Source: an uncultured Acidimicrobiia bacterium
Lineage (GTDB): Bacteria > Actinomycetota > Acidimicrobiia > Acidimicrobiales > JACDCH01
Reading direction: 5' to 3'
Assembly: GCA_963840695.1 (NCBI GenBank)
Contig: CAWIZW010000012.1
Span: 86,010-150,009 of the forward strand
DNA length: 64,000 nucleotides
Under the pieces are notes generated by a model. It was not told the DNA's origin, searched no databases, and worked only from the letters and a program-made list of their open reading frames with translations. Each line of letters starts with the position of its first letter. The stretch's first letter is position 1. The position numbers were made by a program, and so were the translations under genes. Shown here one piece after another: positions 9,628 to 18,595 of this stretch.

Positions 9628-10401
9628 TTAAGGGTGCTGGCTGCTGACGCTGACGATCTCGCCGGTCATGTAGGTCGAGTAGTCCGAGGCCAGGAAGACG
9701 ATGACGTTCGCCACCTCCCACGGCTCGGCGGCCCGACCGAACGCCTCGCGCCTCGTGAGCTCGTCGAGGAGGTCCTCGGTCGTGACCTTCGCCAGGAACG
9801 GGTGCATGGCGATCGACGGCGCCACGGCGTTGACCCGCACGCCGAACGACGCGGCCTCCACCGCCGCGCTGCGCGTCAGGGCCATGACCCCGGCCTTGGC
9901 CGCCGCGTAGTGCGCCTGGCCGGCCTGGGCCCGCCAGCCGAGCACGGAGGCGTTGTTGACGATCACGCCGCGGCCCTGCGGCTGCATGGCCCGCAGCGCC
10001 GCACGCGTCATGCGGAACGTCCCCGTCAGCGTGACATCGAGGACCTTGGGCCACTGCTCGTCGGTCATGTCGACGATCGCCGCCTCGCCGCCGAGCCCGG
10101 CGTTGTTCACGAGCACGTCGATGCGACCGAGCCGCTCGACCGCGCCACTCACGAGTCGTTGCACGGCGTCCTCGTCGGTCACGTCGCAGGCGATCGCCTC
10201 GACGCCGAGCGTCTCGGCCGTCTCGGCCAGGCGCCGCTCGTGGGCGTCGGACACGAGGACGGTGGCCCCCTCCTCGACGCAGCGGCGGGCCGTGGCCGAA
10301 CCGATGCCGGTCCCGGCGGCCGCGGTGACGACGACGGTCTTCCCCGCCAGCAGGCCGTGGCCGGGCGGGTACGGCGGCGACCCCGACGGCGTCGTCGTCA
10401 T
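9628..10401 (-). CDS. SDR-family oxidoreductase (IpdF-like position, downstream of the acyl-CoA dehydrogenase)
   Basis: ORF track, 257 aa, intact: GKTVVVTAAAGTGIGSATA...VLVNNAG...NNASVLGWRAQAGQAHYAAAKAGVMALT. Its start overlaps the upstream stop by 4 nt. Confidence 0.85.
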   Translation of the reverse strand: MTTTPSGSPPYPPGHGLLAGKTVVVTAAAGTGIGSATARRCVEEGATVLVSDAHERRLAETAETLGVEAIACDVTDEDAVQRLVSGAVERLGRIDVLVNNAGLGGEAAIVDMTDEQWPKVLDVTLTGTFRMTRAALRAMQPQGRGVIVNNASVLGWRAQAGQAHYAAAKAGVMALTRSAAVEAASFGVRVNAVAPSIAMHPFLAKVTTEDLLDELTRREAFGRAAEPWEVANVIVFLASDYSTYMTGEIVSVSSQHP

Positions 10402-11558
10402 CGGGGCTCCCGAGGCAGGCCGAGGGCGCGCTCGCCGATGATGTTGCGCTGCACCTGGTTCGAGCCTCCGTAGATCGTGTCGGCGCGGCTGAAGAGGAAC
10501 AGCCGCCGGAGCCGGTCGTCAGGATCGCCGTCGCCGAGCACGTCGATGGCGAACTCGCCGAGGTCGCGGTGCAGGGAGGCCCAGAACAGCTTCGTGATCA
10601 TCGCCGCCGGCGGCGTGACCGGGCCGGCCGACATCACCCGCAGCGCGTTGAGGCGCATCAGCTGCAGGCGGATCCACAGCTCGACGGCCCGCTGGCGCAC
10701 GGCCGGATCGCGCGCGCGGCCGTTGCCACGGGCCCGCTCGAGGATCTCCTCGAGCTCGGCGGCGAAGGCGAGGTTCTGGCCGAGCGTCGACACGCCCCGC
10801 TCGAAGGCGAGCGTGCCCATCGCCACCGCCCATCCGTCGTCGACCCCGCCGACGACGTGGTCGACGGCGGTGCGGGCGCCGGTGAAGAAGGTCTCGTTGA
10901 ACTCGCTGTCGCCGGTGATCTGCTTGATCGGCCGGAGCTCGATGCCCGGCTGGCGCATCGGGACGAGCAGGTAGGTGATGCCCTTGTGCTTCGGCGCGTC
11001 GCGGTCGGTGCGGGCGAGCACGAAGCACCAGTCGGCCCACTGGGCCAGCGACGTCCACACCTTCTGGCCGTCGATGACCCACTCGCCGGTGCCGTCGTCG
11101 AGCGCGGCCCGGGTCTTGAGGTTGGCGAGGTCGGACCCGGCGTCGGGCTCGCTGTAGCCCTGGCACCAGAGCTCGGTCGCCGACGACGATCCCGGGGCAG
11201 GAAGCGCTGCTGCTGCTCGGGCGATGCCGAAGGCGATCAGCGTCGGGCCGAGGAGCGTCTCGCCGACGTGGCCGACGCGGCCCGGCGCCCGGGCCCGGGC
11301 GTACTCCTCGTGGTAGATGACCTGCTGGTGCAGCGAGAGGCCCCGGCCGCCGTGCTCCTTCGGCCAGCCGACGCAGCGTCCAGCCGTTGGCGCCGCAGGT
11401 GTCGCTCCCACGCCCGCCGCTCGTCGAAGAGCAGCGTGCTCGTCGCCGGGACCGCCGCGGCCGCGGACGACGGCGAAGTCCCCGGCGAGGCGTCCTCGAG
11501 GAAGTCGCCGCACCTCGGCCCGGAAGGCCTCGTCCTCGGCGCTGAACCGGAGGTCCAT
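10398..11558 (-). CDS. Acyl-CoA dehydrogenase (FadE30-like position). The ORF is open, but the N-terminal ~130 codons contain runs of compensating frameshifts
   Basis: ORF track, 386 aa. The C-terminal 2/3 is clean (ELWCQGYSEPDAGSDLANLKTRA...GQKVWTSLAQWADW...YGGSNQVQRNIIGERALGLPREP). Between ~11160 and ~11520 the expected segments DFLEDA, TLLFDERRAWERHL, GANGWT, SPEQQQRFLPR and IVVGD are found only in the other two frames. Confidence 0.8.
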   Translation of the reverse strand: MDLRFSAEDEAFRAEVRRLPRGRLAGDFAVVRGRGGPGDEHAALRRAAGVGATPAAPTAGRCVGWPKEHGGRGLSLHQQVIYHEEYARARAPGRVGHVGETLLGPTLIAFGIARAAAALPAPGSSSATELWCQGYSEPDAGSDLANLKTRAALDDGTGEWVIDGQKVWTSLAQWADWCFVLARTDRDAPKHKGITYLLVPMRQPGIELRPIKQITGDSEFNETFFTGARTAVDHVVGGVDDGWAVAMGTLAFERGVSTLGQNLAFAAELEEILERARGNGRARDPAVRQRAVELWIRLQLMRLNALRVMSAGPVTPPAAMITKLFWASLHRDLGEFAIDVLGDGDPDDRLRRLFLFSRADTIYGGSNQVQRNIIGERALGLPREPR

Positions 11559-11582
11559 CGCCGGCCGAGGCTAGCGACGGAC

Positions 11583-11598
11583 CTGACGGTGATGTCAG
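11583..11598. promoter_or_regulatory. Candidate operator, CTGAC-N6-GTCAG (ctgacggtgatgtcag)
   Basis: Perfect arms, about 25 nt upstream of the acyl-CoA dehydrogenase ATG (11558). Confidence 0.55.
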
Positions 11599-11608
11599 AT
11601 CCCGTGCG

Positions 11609-12382
11609 CTACTGCAGCAGGTTGGCGCGGAGGGCCTCGACGACGTCCGGCGCCGGCACCGATCGACGCCGCGTAGCCCTCGACCGAGCCGTGGCGCTGC
11701 GCGCAGGTCGGCGAGGAACAGCGTGCATGGCGCCGGTCGGGCGCGTCGAGGAACGCCGCGGGCTGGTCGGCCATGGTGTCGAGCCGCTCGGGGTAGGTCT
11801 GCCGGAGCCACTCGACCAGCCGGTCCATGCCGAGCCGCGACAGGCCGTAGTCGGCGGCGATGGTGTCGTCGTCGACGCCGAGGAGACGAGAGCACGAGCG
11901 CGGCGAGCACGCCGGTGCGGTCCTTGCCGGCGGCGCAGTGGAACACCGCCGGCACGGCGCTCGGGTCGGCCAGCACGCGGAGGGCCGGCGCCAGGGCGTC
12001 GGCGCCCTCGTCGAGCATCGACGAGGTAGCGGTCGGCGAGGAACCGCTCGGGGGTCGATGCCGTCGGTCGACCACTCGGGCTCCCACGTGGTGCGGAGCA
12101 CGGGCAGGTGGTGCCAGTGCGACGCCGTCGACCTCGAGCGCGGCCCCGCTCGGTGATCTCGTGCTCGGTGCGGAGGTCGAGGACGGTGCGGAGCCCGAGC
12201 GCGGCGCAGTCGTCGGCCGCGAGCCGGTGGAGCGCCGTCGCCCCGGAAGACCGTCCCCCACCTCGTCGTGCGCCCGTCGGTGGTCGCGGTAGCCGCCGAG
12301 GTCGCGCAGGTTGAAGACGAGGTCGTGGGCGACGTGGCGGGTCGGTCGTCGTCGGCCGGCGGAGGCTCATCGGTAGCGCCAT
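11609..12382 (-). pseudogene. Protein-tyrosine phosphatase (Y_phosphatase3-type), at least 7 frame switches
   Basis: The pieces are distributed over ORFs 11609..13003, 10519..12261 and 11595..12101: HVAHDLVFNLRDLGG, ALHRLAADDCAALGLRTVLDLRTEHEITERG, LRTTWEPEWSTDGIDP, MLDEGADALAPALRVLADPSAVPAVFHCAAGKDRTGVLAALVLS (CX5R P-loop), LLGVDDDTIAADYGLSRLGMDRLVEWLRQTYPERL, ADVVEALRANLLQ. Confidence 0.7.
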
Positions 12383-12422
12383 GTCGCCGAGCACCGTACC
12401 GATGCGGTGTGAACCGGACCTC

Positions 12423-13100
12423 TCAGCCGGGAGGTTTCTGGCCGGTGATCGCCCCAGTAGACCTGCCGGGCCATCGGCGTCGCGGACGTCGGCGGTCTTG
12501 ATGCCCCAGAACTCGAAGCCGTAGCGGTGCTGGGCGACGTGGGCGAGCATGGCGACGAGCGGAGCCGGCGACGGCCCGCGGGTCGAGGTCGCTGCGGGTG
12601 CCGCCCCTCGTCCTGGAAGCCGACGTAGACCGTCCGCCAGCGCGTCGGTGAGCTCGGCGAGCGAACCGGGTGCGGATCTGGCGGAAGCGCTGGTCGCCCT
12701 CCTCGGTGGCCAGGTCGACGACCCGGAGCACGCGCGCGGTGCGCCTCCCAGAAGTCGAGCATGCCGTCGACGAGCTCCTCGGCCCGCTCGTAGCCCGCCC
12801 GTGCCCTTCCACGAGCCTGCGCCGACGATCGCGGGCAGCCGGGCGGCGTCGACCGCCATCTCCTCGGCGAGCACGAGGATCGCCGCCTCGACGTCGGCGA
12901 AGTACTGGTAGAAGGTCGCCGGCGACGTCCCCGCCTCGCGGGCGATGTCGATCACCTTGAGGTCGCGGTAGGAGCCGGCCTGCCGAGCATGTCGGCGGTG
13001 CACTCGAGGAGCCGCTGGCGGGTGGCCCGGCCGCGCCGGCCCGGCACCCGCCCGTCGGCCGCCCGAGATCCAGGTCCTCCGCGGTGGCCGCCATCGCCAA
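12423..13100 (-). pseudogene. TetR/AcrR-family transcriptional regulator, at least 7 frame switches
   Basis: The pieces MAMAATAEDLDLGRPTGG / RRGRATRQRLLECTADMLG / AGSYRDLKVIDIAREAGTSPATFYQYFADVEAAILVLAEEMAV (HTH) / MLDFWEAHRA / VLRVVDLATEEGDQRFRQIRTRFAR / LAELTDALADGL / LVAMLAHVAQHRYGFEFWGIKTADVRDA / MARQVYW / AITGQKPPG lie in three frames. The TTG start at 13100 comes from the ORF track; an ATG lies at 13094. Confidence 0.75.
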
Positions 13101-13110
13101 ACCAGCGTAG

Positions 13111-13125
13111 GTGACGGTGTGTCAG
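13111..13125. promoter_or_regulatory. Candidate operator, one-mismatch copy (gtgacggtgtgtcag), directly upstream of the TetR gene
   Basis: 10 nt upstream of the TetR start. It is embedded in a longer palindrome, ggtgacggtgtgtcaggtcacc. The geometry is typical of TetR autoregulation. Confidence 0.55.
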
Positions 13126-13162
13126 GTCACCCGGTACCAGGTCAGGCGACCGACACTCGCGC

Positions 13163-13782
13163 CTACCAGACGGCCAGCAGCTCGTCGGTGGTGGTGACCG
13201 TGGCCAGCAGCGCAGAGCGTGTTGTCGATGACGGCGTCGGCGTAGTCCTTCGGCACCCCCGCCACCGCGTCGCGGGCCAGCACGAACGGTAGCCCGGCGT
13301 TCACGGCGTCCATCACGAAGTTGGTGATGGCGACGTTCACCGACACGCCGACGCCGACGATCGTCGGACGCCGAGGTTGCGCAGCACGGCATCGAGGTCG
13401 GTGCCGCCCATCGGGCCGATCCCGTGGAAGCGCTGGAAGCACGAGGTCGGTCGGCTCGGGACCGAGCTCCGGGAGCAAGGCCGCACCGGCGCTGCCCGGC
13501 GCGAGGTGGATGCCGAGCTTCCGGGTGGCGTGGAACAGGCGGGCGTTGCTGGTTCGAGCCGAGGTCGTCGGGTCGCCGCACGGCGAGGCAGTGCACGACC
13601 GGCACGCCGGCGGCGCGGGCGGCGGTGGCGAGTCGGACCATGTTCGGGCACCGCCTCGCGGTCGCCTCGTCGGCGAGCTCGCGGAGCACGGCGACGCTCA
13701 CCGATCACGCCCACCTGGCACTCCTGGGTGACGAGGGCGCAGCGTCCCGGCGCCACCAGCTCCGCGAGATCGACCGGCGGCA
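13163..13782 (-). pseudogene. Cysteine hydrolase / isochorismatase-family protein, at least 6 frame switches
   Basis: The pieces MPPVDLAELVAPGRCALVTQECQVGVIGE / VAVLRELADEATARRCPNMVRLATAARAAGVPVVHCLAVRRPDDLGSN / LLPELGPEPTDLV / FQRFHGIGPMGGTDLDAVLRNLGVR / TIVGVGVSVNVAITNFVMDAVNAGLPFVLARDAVAGVPKDYADAVIDNTL / LLATVTTTDELLAVW-stop lie across ORFs 13337..14074, 12952..13701 and 13122..13478. Confidence 0.7.
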
Positions 13783-13813
13783 TGGCCAGGGAACCTAGTG
13801 AACCTCGCCCGCC

Positions 13814-13968
13814 GGTTCGCTCGGGCGCCATCCTGGCGCGGCCTTCTAGGGAACGTTGCCTGCTGGTTCGCTCCGGCGCCGTCCTGGCGCCTCCGCTCAC
13901 ATGGATTCCTGTCGTGCCCGACCATGTGCGGCCCGTGGGCGCCATCCTGGCGCGGCCTTCTAGGGTCC
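13814..13968. repeat. Inverted copy of the 9.4-kb repeat, flanked by two identical 29-mers
   Basis: 13866-13915 matches the reverse complement of the 53-mer at 48 of 50 positions. The 29-mer gggcgccatcctggcgcggccttctaggg occurs at 13823-13851 and 13937-13965, a 114-nt period. Confidence 0.85.
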
Positions 13969-13973
13969 GGCCG

Positions 13974-15094
13974 GTGCTGCCCCTCGACGGCTGCAACGTG
14001 CTCGAGCTGGCCCCGTGGCGCCCGGGACCCCATGCCGGCCGCCTGCTCGCCGACCTCGGGGCCGATGTCGTCAAGGTCGAGCCGCCCGGCGGCGACCCGA
14101 TGCGCGCCTACCCCCACCTGTTCCGGGAGCTCGCCGCGGGGAAGCGCAGCCGGGTGCTCGACCTCAAGGTGGTCGAGGACCGCACGGCGTGCCGAGAGCT
14201 CGCCGCCACCGCGCACGTCGTCCTCGACGGCTTCCGTCCCGGGGTCGCCGACCGGCTGGGCGTCGGGTACGAGGCGCTGCGAGCGGTGCAGCCCGGGATC
14301 GTGTACGTGTCGGTGTCGGGCTTCGGGACCGACGGACCGCTCGCCCACGCTCCCGGCCACGACGTCAACTACCTGGCGTGGTCGGGCGCGCTCTGGCGCC
14401 GCGGCGCCGGCGGGCCGGTCGAGCCCGCCTTCCCCGCCGCCGACCTGGCCGCCGGCACCGCCGCCGCCCTCGCCGCCGTGGCCGGGTGGGTCCGGTGGCT
14501 CCGCACCGGCGAGGGCGGTCATGTCGACCTCGCCATGACCGATGTCCTCACCACCTGGGCCGGCCTGCCGGGCGTCAACGCCTCGAGCGCCGTCGAGCGC
14601 GTCGGAGGGCTCGGACCGGTCGGACGAGGGCACCGGGCTCTGCTCCTACGGCGTGTTCGCCGTCGCCGATGGCTGGGTGGCGCTCGGCATCACGACCGAG
14701 GACCGCTTCTGGTCGGCGCTGTGCCGTGTCGTCGGGCTCGGCGACCTCGCCGCCGTCGGCTTCGCGGAGCGCCAGGCGCGGACGGCCGAGCTCCGCCCCG
14801 TGCTCGCCGCCGCGCTGGCGCCGCACGAACGGGATCCACTGGTGGCGACGCTCCTCGCCGCCGATGTCCCGGTGGCGCCGGTGCTGTCCCACGAGGAGGC
14901 GGCGGTGCTCCCGCACCTCCGGGCTCGCGGCACCGTCGTCGAGGACGGCGACGGCACGCTCGCCCTCGGCTCGGTGCTGCGCCTGCCCGGAGTCCGATCC
15001 GGTCCTCCGCCGGCGGCGCCCGACCCTCGACGAGCATCGCGGCCAGGGCTTCCACGCCCCGTTCAGGCGAGGTGCGTCGCCGCGAACGCCCTGA
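13974..15094 (+). pseudogene. CoA-transferase family III (CaiB/BaiF-type); about 2 frameshifts (~14620, ~15020); 3' end uncertain
   Basis: VLPLDGCNVLELAPWRPGPHAGRLLADLGADVVKVEPPGGDPMR...GFRPGVADRLGVGYEALRAVQPGIVYVSVSGFGTDGP...GHDVNYLAWSG is in ORF 13377..15947. It continues as GLCSYGVFAVADGWVALGITTEDRFWSALCRVVG...DVPVAPVLSHEEA in ORF 14542..15702. The tail PTLDEHRGQG is in ORF 14015..15094. Confidence 0.75.
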
Positions 15095-15899
15095 GGCCGG
15101 CGACGGCGTCGGACGTGCGGCGCCACGGCACGACGATCAGCCGGTCGACCCCGGCCGCCTCCCACGCGGCGACGTCGCCGGGGCCGTCGCAGGCGCCCAT
15201 GCACGTGACCTCGACGGCCTCGGGACCCCGGCCGGCCTCCTCGCACAGCGCCCGGAGCCGGGCGACCTGCCGTCCGGCGGACTCGGGCGTGTGCGACATG
15301 CCGATCCACCCGTCACCGGTCGTCGCCGCGCGCCGCAGGGCCCGCTCCGACTCGCCGCCGACGTGGATCGGGACGGAGCCCTGCACCGGCTTGGGCTCGA
15401 ACCACACGGGCGGGAAGCTCACGTGCTCGCCGTGGTGCTCGACGACGTCCTCGGTCCACAGCCGCCGGCAGATGTCGATGTGCTCGTCGAGCCTCGCCCC
15501 TCGCGTCCGCGGATCGAGACCCACCGCCTCCCACTCGGTCACGAGCCACCCCGCGCCGACCCCGCAGATCGCCCGGCCGGCCGACACGACGTCGAGCGTG
15601 GCGAAGGCCCGAGCCCCGATGAACGGGTGCCGGATGCCGAGCAGGTACACGAACGTGCCGAGGCGGATGTGCTCGGTGCGGGCCGCGAGGTACGAGAGGT
15701 AGGCGCAGGCGTCGAAGACAGGCGTCGACGGTGGCACCGGCGGGTGCTCCTCGCCGGGGATCAGCTGGCCCCGGATCTCGTCGGGGAAGACGAGGTGCTC
15801 GGGCAGCCACAACGACTCGAACCCGAGGTCGTCGGCGAGGACGGCCGCCTCATCCCACGCCCGCGGGTTGAGTTGCCCGAGGGTGATGGCGAACTGCAC
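15063..15899 (-). CDS. LLM-class (luciferase-like) flavin/F420-dependent oxidoreductase
   Basis: Intact. GGGAGG, a 7-nt gap, then GTG 15899: VQFAITLGQLNPRAWDEAAVLADDLGFESLWLPEHLVFP...GVGAGWLVTEWEAVGLDPRTRGARLDEHIDICRRLW...PIHVGGESERALRRAATTGDGW. The ORF-track entry 15063..16004 starts further upstream. Confidence 0.85.
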   Translation of the reverse strand: MQFAITLGQLNPRAWDEAAVLADDLGFESLWLPEHLVFPDEIRGQLIPGEEHPPVPPSTPVFDACAYLSYLAARTEHIRLGTFVYLLGIRHPFIGARAFATLDVVSAGRAICGVGAGWLVTEWEAVGLDPRTRGARLDEHIDICRRLWTEDVVEHHGEHVSFPPVWFEPKPVQGSVPIHVGGESERALRRAATTGDGWIGMSHTPESAGRQVARLRALCEEAGRGPEAVEVTCMGACDGPGDVAAWEAAGVDRLIVVPWRRTSDAVAGLRAFAATHLA

Positions 15900-15920
15900 C
15901 GGCTGCCTCCCGTGTGGTTT

Positions 15921-15935
15921 CTGACGGTGTGTCAG
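15921..15935. promoter_or_regulatory. Candidate operator, CTGAC-N5-GTCAG (ctgacggtgtgtcag)
   Basis: Perfect arms. It lies in the 70-nt divergent region between the LLM gene (15899) and the amidohydrolase gene (15970). Confidence 0.55.
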
Positions 15936-15943
15936 GTTACGAT

Positions 15944-15958
15944 CTGATGCTCTGTCAG
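15944..15958. promoter_or_regulatory. Candidate operator, one-mismatch copy (ctgatgctctgtcag)
   Basis: Second site in the same divergent region. Its right arm runs into the AGGAGGG RBS of the amidohydrolase gene. Confidence 0.45.
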
Positions 15959-15969
15959 GAGGGCTGATC

Positions 15970-17181
15970 ATGGCCGTCGACGACCAGGTCGACTTCCCCC
16001 GCATCGTGAGCGTCGACGACCACGTCGTCGAGCCCGCGCACGTGTGGGACCGCTGGCTGCCCGAGAAGCACCGCGCGGCCGGCCCCCGGGTCGAGCGCCG
16101 CGGCGTCGGTTCGATGAAGCACGTCGGCGGCGGGCAGTACGAGCAGACCTTCGACCCCGACGGCCCCGAAGCCGACTGCTGGGTGTTCGAGGACCTCGTC
16201 TACATCCACAAGCGCCACGTGGCCGCCGTCGGCTTCGACCGCGACGACATGTCCATGTCACCCATCACCTACGACGAGATGCGGCCTGGCTGCTACGAGC
16301 CCAAGGCCCGGCTCGACGACATGGACCTCAACCACGTCGAGGCTTCGCTGTGCTTCCCGACCTTCCCGCGGTTCTGCGGACAGACGTTCACCGAGGCCAA
16401 GGACCGTGAGCTCGGGCTCGCCTGCATCCGGGCGTACAACGACTGGATGGTCGAGGAGTGGTGCGGTGACTCCGGCGGCCGCCTCGTCCCGCTCGCGATC
16501 ATCCCGCTGTGGGACGCCGAGCTCGCCGCCGACGAGGTGCGCCGCAACGCCGAGCGCGGCGTCCACGCCGTCTGCTTCTCGGAGATCCCGGCGCACCTCG
16601 GTCTGCCGTCGATCCACTCCGGCTTCTGGGACCCGTTCTTCGCGGCCTGCGCCCAGACCGAGACGGTCGTGAGCATGCACATCGGGTCGAGCTCCCGCAT
16701 GCCGGCGACGTCCGCCGACGCGCCCCCGGCAGTCGCAGCGACGCTGTCGTTCAACAACGCCATGGCGTCGATGAGCGACTTCCTGTTCTCCGGCGTGCTC
16801 GTCCGCTTCCCCGAGCTGCGCCTGGCCTACAGCGAGGGCCAGATCGGGTGGATCCCCTACATCCTCGAGCGGGCCGACACGGTGTGGCAGGAGCACCGGG
16901 CCTGGGGCGGCGTGCGCGACCTGATCCCCGAGCCGCCGAGCACCTACTACTACCGCCAGATCTACGGCTGCTTCTTCCGCGACCGCCACGGCGTCGCCAG
17001 CATCGACGTGGTCGGCGTCGACAACACGACCTTCGAGACGGACTACCCCCACACCGACTCCACGTGGCCCGACACGCTGAAGGTGGCGCGGGAGCTGACC
17101 GAGGGGCTGTCGCCCGAGGTGATCCGCAAGCTGATGCGCGGCAACGCCATCCGCATGCTGAGCCTCGACCTCGAACCCTGA
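15970..17181 (+). CDS. Amidohydrolase_2 family protein (ACMSD/LigW-like metal-dependent hydrolase/decarboxylase fold)
   Basis: ORF track, 403 aa, intact: RIVSVDDHVVEPAHVWDRWLP...EASLCFPTFPRFCGQTF...IRAYNDWMVEEWC...HAVCFSE...SMHIGSS...TFETDYPHTDSTWP. Confidence 0.85.
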   Translation: MAVDDQVDFPRIVSVDDHVVEPAHVWDRWLPEKHRAAGPRVERRGVGSMKHVGGGQYEQTFDPDGPEADCWVFEDLVYIHKRHVAAVGFDRDDMSMSPITYDEMRPGCYEPKARLDDMDLNHVEASLCFPTFPRFCGQTFTEAKDRELGLACIRAYNDWMVEEWCGDSGGRLVPLAIIPLWDAELAADEVRRNAERGVHAVCFSEIPAHLGLPSIHSGFWDPFFAACAQTETVVSMHIGSSSRMPATSADAPPAVAATLSFNNAMASMSDFLFSGVLVRFPELRLAYSEGQIGWIPYILERADTVWQEHRAWGGVRDLIPEPPSTYYYRQIYGCFFRDRHGVASIDVVGVDNTTFETDYPHTDSTWPDTLKVARELTEGLSPEVIRKLMRGNAIRMLSLDLEP

Positions 17182-17191
17182 GGGCTCGACG

Positions 17192-18595
17192 GTGACCGTC
17201 GTGGCGCGGACGTTGGTCGGCGCGGCGGGGCGGTTCGGTGAGCGGGTGGCGGTGGCGCACGTCGCCGGGTCGCGCGTCACCTATGCCCAGCTGACGCGAC
17301 AGGCCGGAGCCCTCGCCGGCGGGCTGGTCGCCGCGGGCTTCGGTGAGGGCGCCGTCGTGGCGCTCGACCTGCCGTCCGACGCGAGCTGGATCGCCGCCCA
17401 TGCCGCCGTGGCGTGGATCGGAGGGGTCGCCGCCGGGATCAACCCGCGACTGACACGACCCGAGCGGGCGGCGGTGCTCGATCGGCTCCAGCCCGACCTC
17501 GTGCTGACGCCCGACACGCTGCCGGATCCCGGACCGCCGCCGCCGTTGCTCCCGGCGGACCCCGATCGCGTCGCCGCCGTCGTCTTCACGTCCGGCACCG
17601 CCGGTGAGCCGAAGGGCGCCACGTTCCGGGAGCGGCACCTCGACGCCATCCGCGCCATCGACCTCGGCGCCGGTGCCGATGCCTGGGGCACCGGGGGACC
17701 CATGCTCGTCTCGACGCAGTTCTGCCACATCGGCGTGTCGACGAAGCTGTCGTGGTACCTCCGCGCCGGGACGACGTTGCACGTCCTCCGGCGCTGGCGG
17801 GCCGCCGAGGCCCTCCGAGTGATCGCCGACGAGCGGATGGCAGCGATCGGCGGTGTCGCCGCCCAGATCGGGCTCCTGCTGGCCGTGCCCGACTTCGATT
17901 CGCACGATCTCTCCGCCGTCCGAACCATCGTGGTCGGGGCCGGCCCCTCGCCCCCGGCGCTCGTCGACGAGGCCCGCCGCCGCTTCGGCGCTGCCTATTC
18001 GATCCGCTACTCGTCGACGGAGTCGGGCGGCTGCGGCACCGGCACGGCCTTCGACGCCGGCGACGAGGAGGCGCTGCACACCTGCGGCCGGCCGCGGCCC
18101 GGCGTCGAGGTGCGGATCGAGGCGAGCACGGGCGAGATCCAGTTGCGGTCGCCCGCCGTGATGGACGGCTACTGGCGCGATCCAGCGCGGACGGCCGCCG
18201 TGTTCACGACCGACGGCTGGCTCCGCACCGGTGATCTCGGCGAGCTCGACGCCGAGGGCCGGCTCCGGATCACGGGTCGGGCCACCGACATGTACATCCG
18301 CGGCGGCTACAACGTGCATCCGCTCGAGGTCGAGTCCGTGCTCCTCGACCACCCCGCGGTCCGGGCCGTGGCCGTCGTCCCGCGGCCCGACCCGGTGCTG
18401 GGCGAGCGCGGCGTCGCCGTGGTCGTGCCCGCCGGCGCGGCGCCGACGACCGAGCAGCTCCGCGACTTCGCGGCCGATCGCCTCGCCGGCTACAAGCTCC
18501 CCGATGCGGTCGTCGTCGTCGACGAGCTCCCGCTCACGACGATGGACAAGCTCGACCGCGCTGCGCTGCGTGCCATGCTCGACCCCGATGCCTGA
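17192..18595 (+). CDS. AMP-dependent acyl-CoA synthetase/ligase (class I adenylate-forming)
   Basis: ORF track, 467 aa, intact: VVFTSGTAGEPKGATF...YSSTESGG...WLRTGDLGELDAEGRLRITGRATDMYIRGGYNVHPLEVE...YKLPDAVVVVDELPLTTMDKLDR. Confidence 0.85.
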   Translation: MTVVARTLVGAAGRFGERVAVAHVAGSRVTYAQLTRQAGALAGGLVAAGFGEGAVVALDLPSDASWIAAHAAVAWIGGVAAGINPRLTRPERAAVLDRLQPDLVLTPDTLPDPGPPPPLLPADPDRVAAVVFTSGTAGEPKGATFRERHLDAIRAIDLGAGADAWGTGGPMLVSTQFCHIGVSTKLSWYLRAGTTLHVLRRWRAAEALRVIADERMAAIGGVAAQIGLLLAVPDFDSHDLSAVRTIVVGAGPSPPALVDEARRRFGAAYSIRYSSTESGGCGTGTAFDAGDEEALHTCGRPRPGVEVRIEASTGEIQLRSPAVMDGYWRDPARTAAVFTTDGWLRTGDLGELDAEGRLRITGRATDMYIRGGYNVHPLEVESVLLDHPAVRAVAVVPRPDPVLGERGVAVVVPAGAAPTTEQLRDFAADRLAGYKLPDAVVVVDELPLTTMDKLDRAALRAMLDPDA

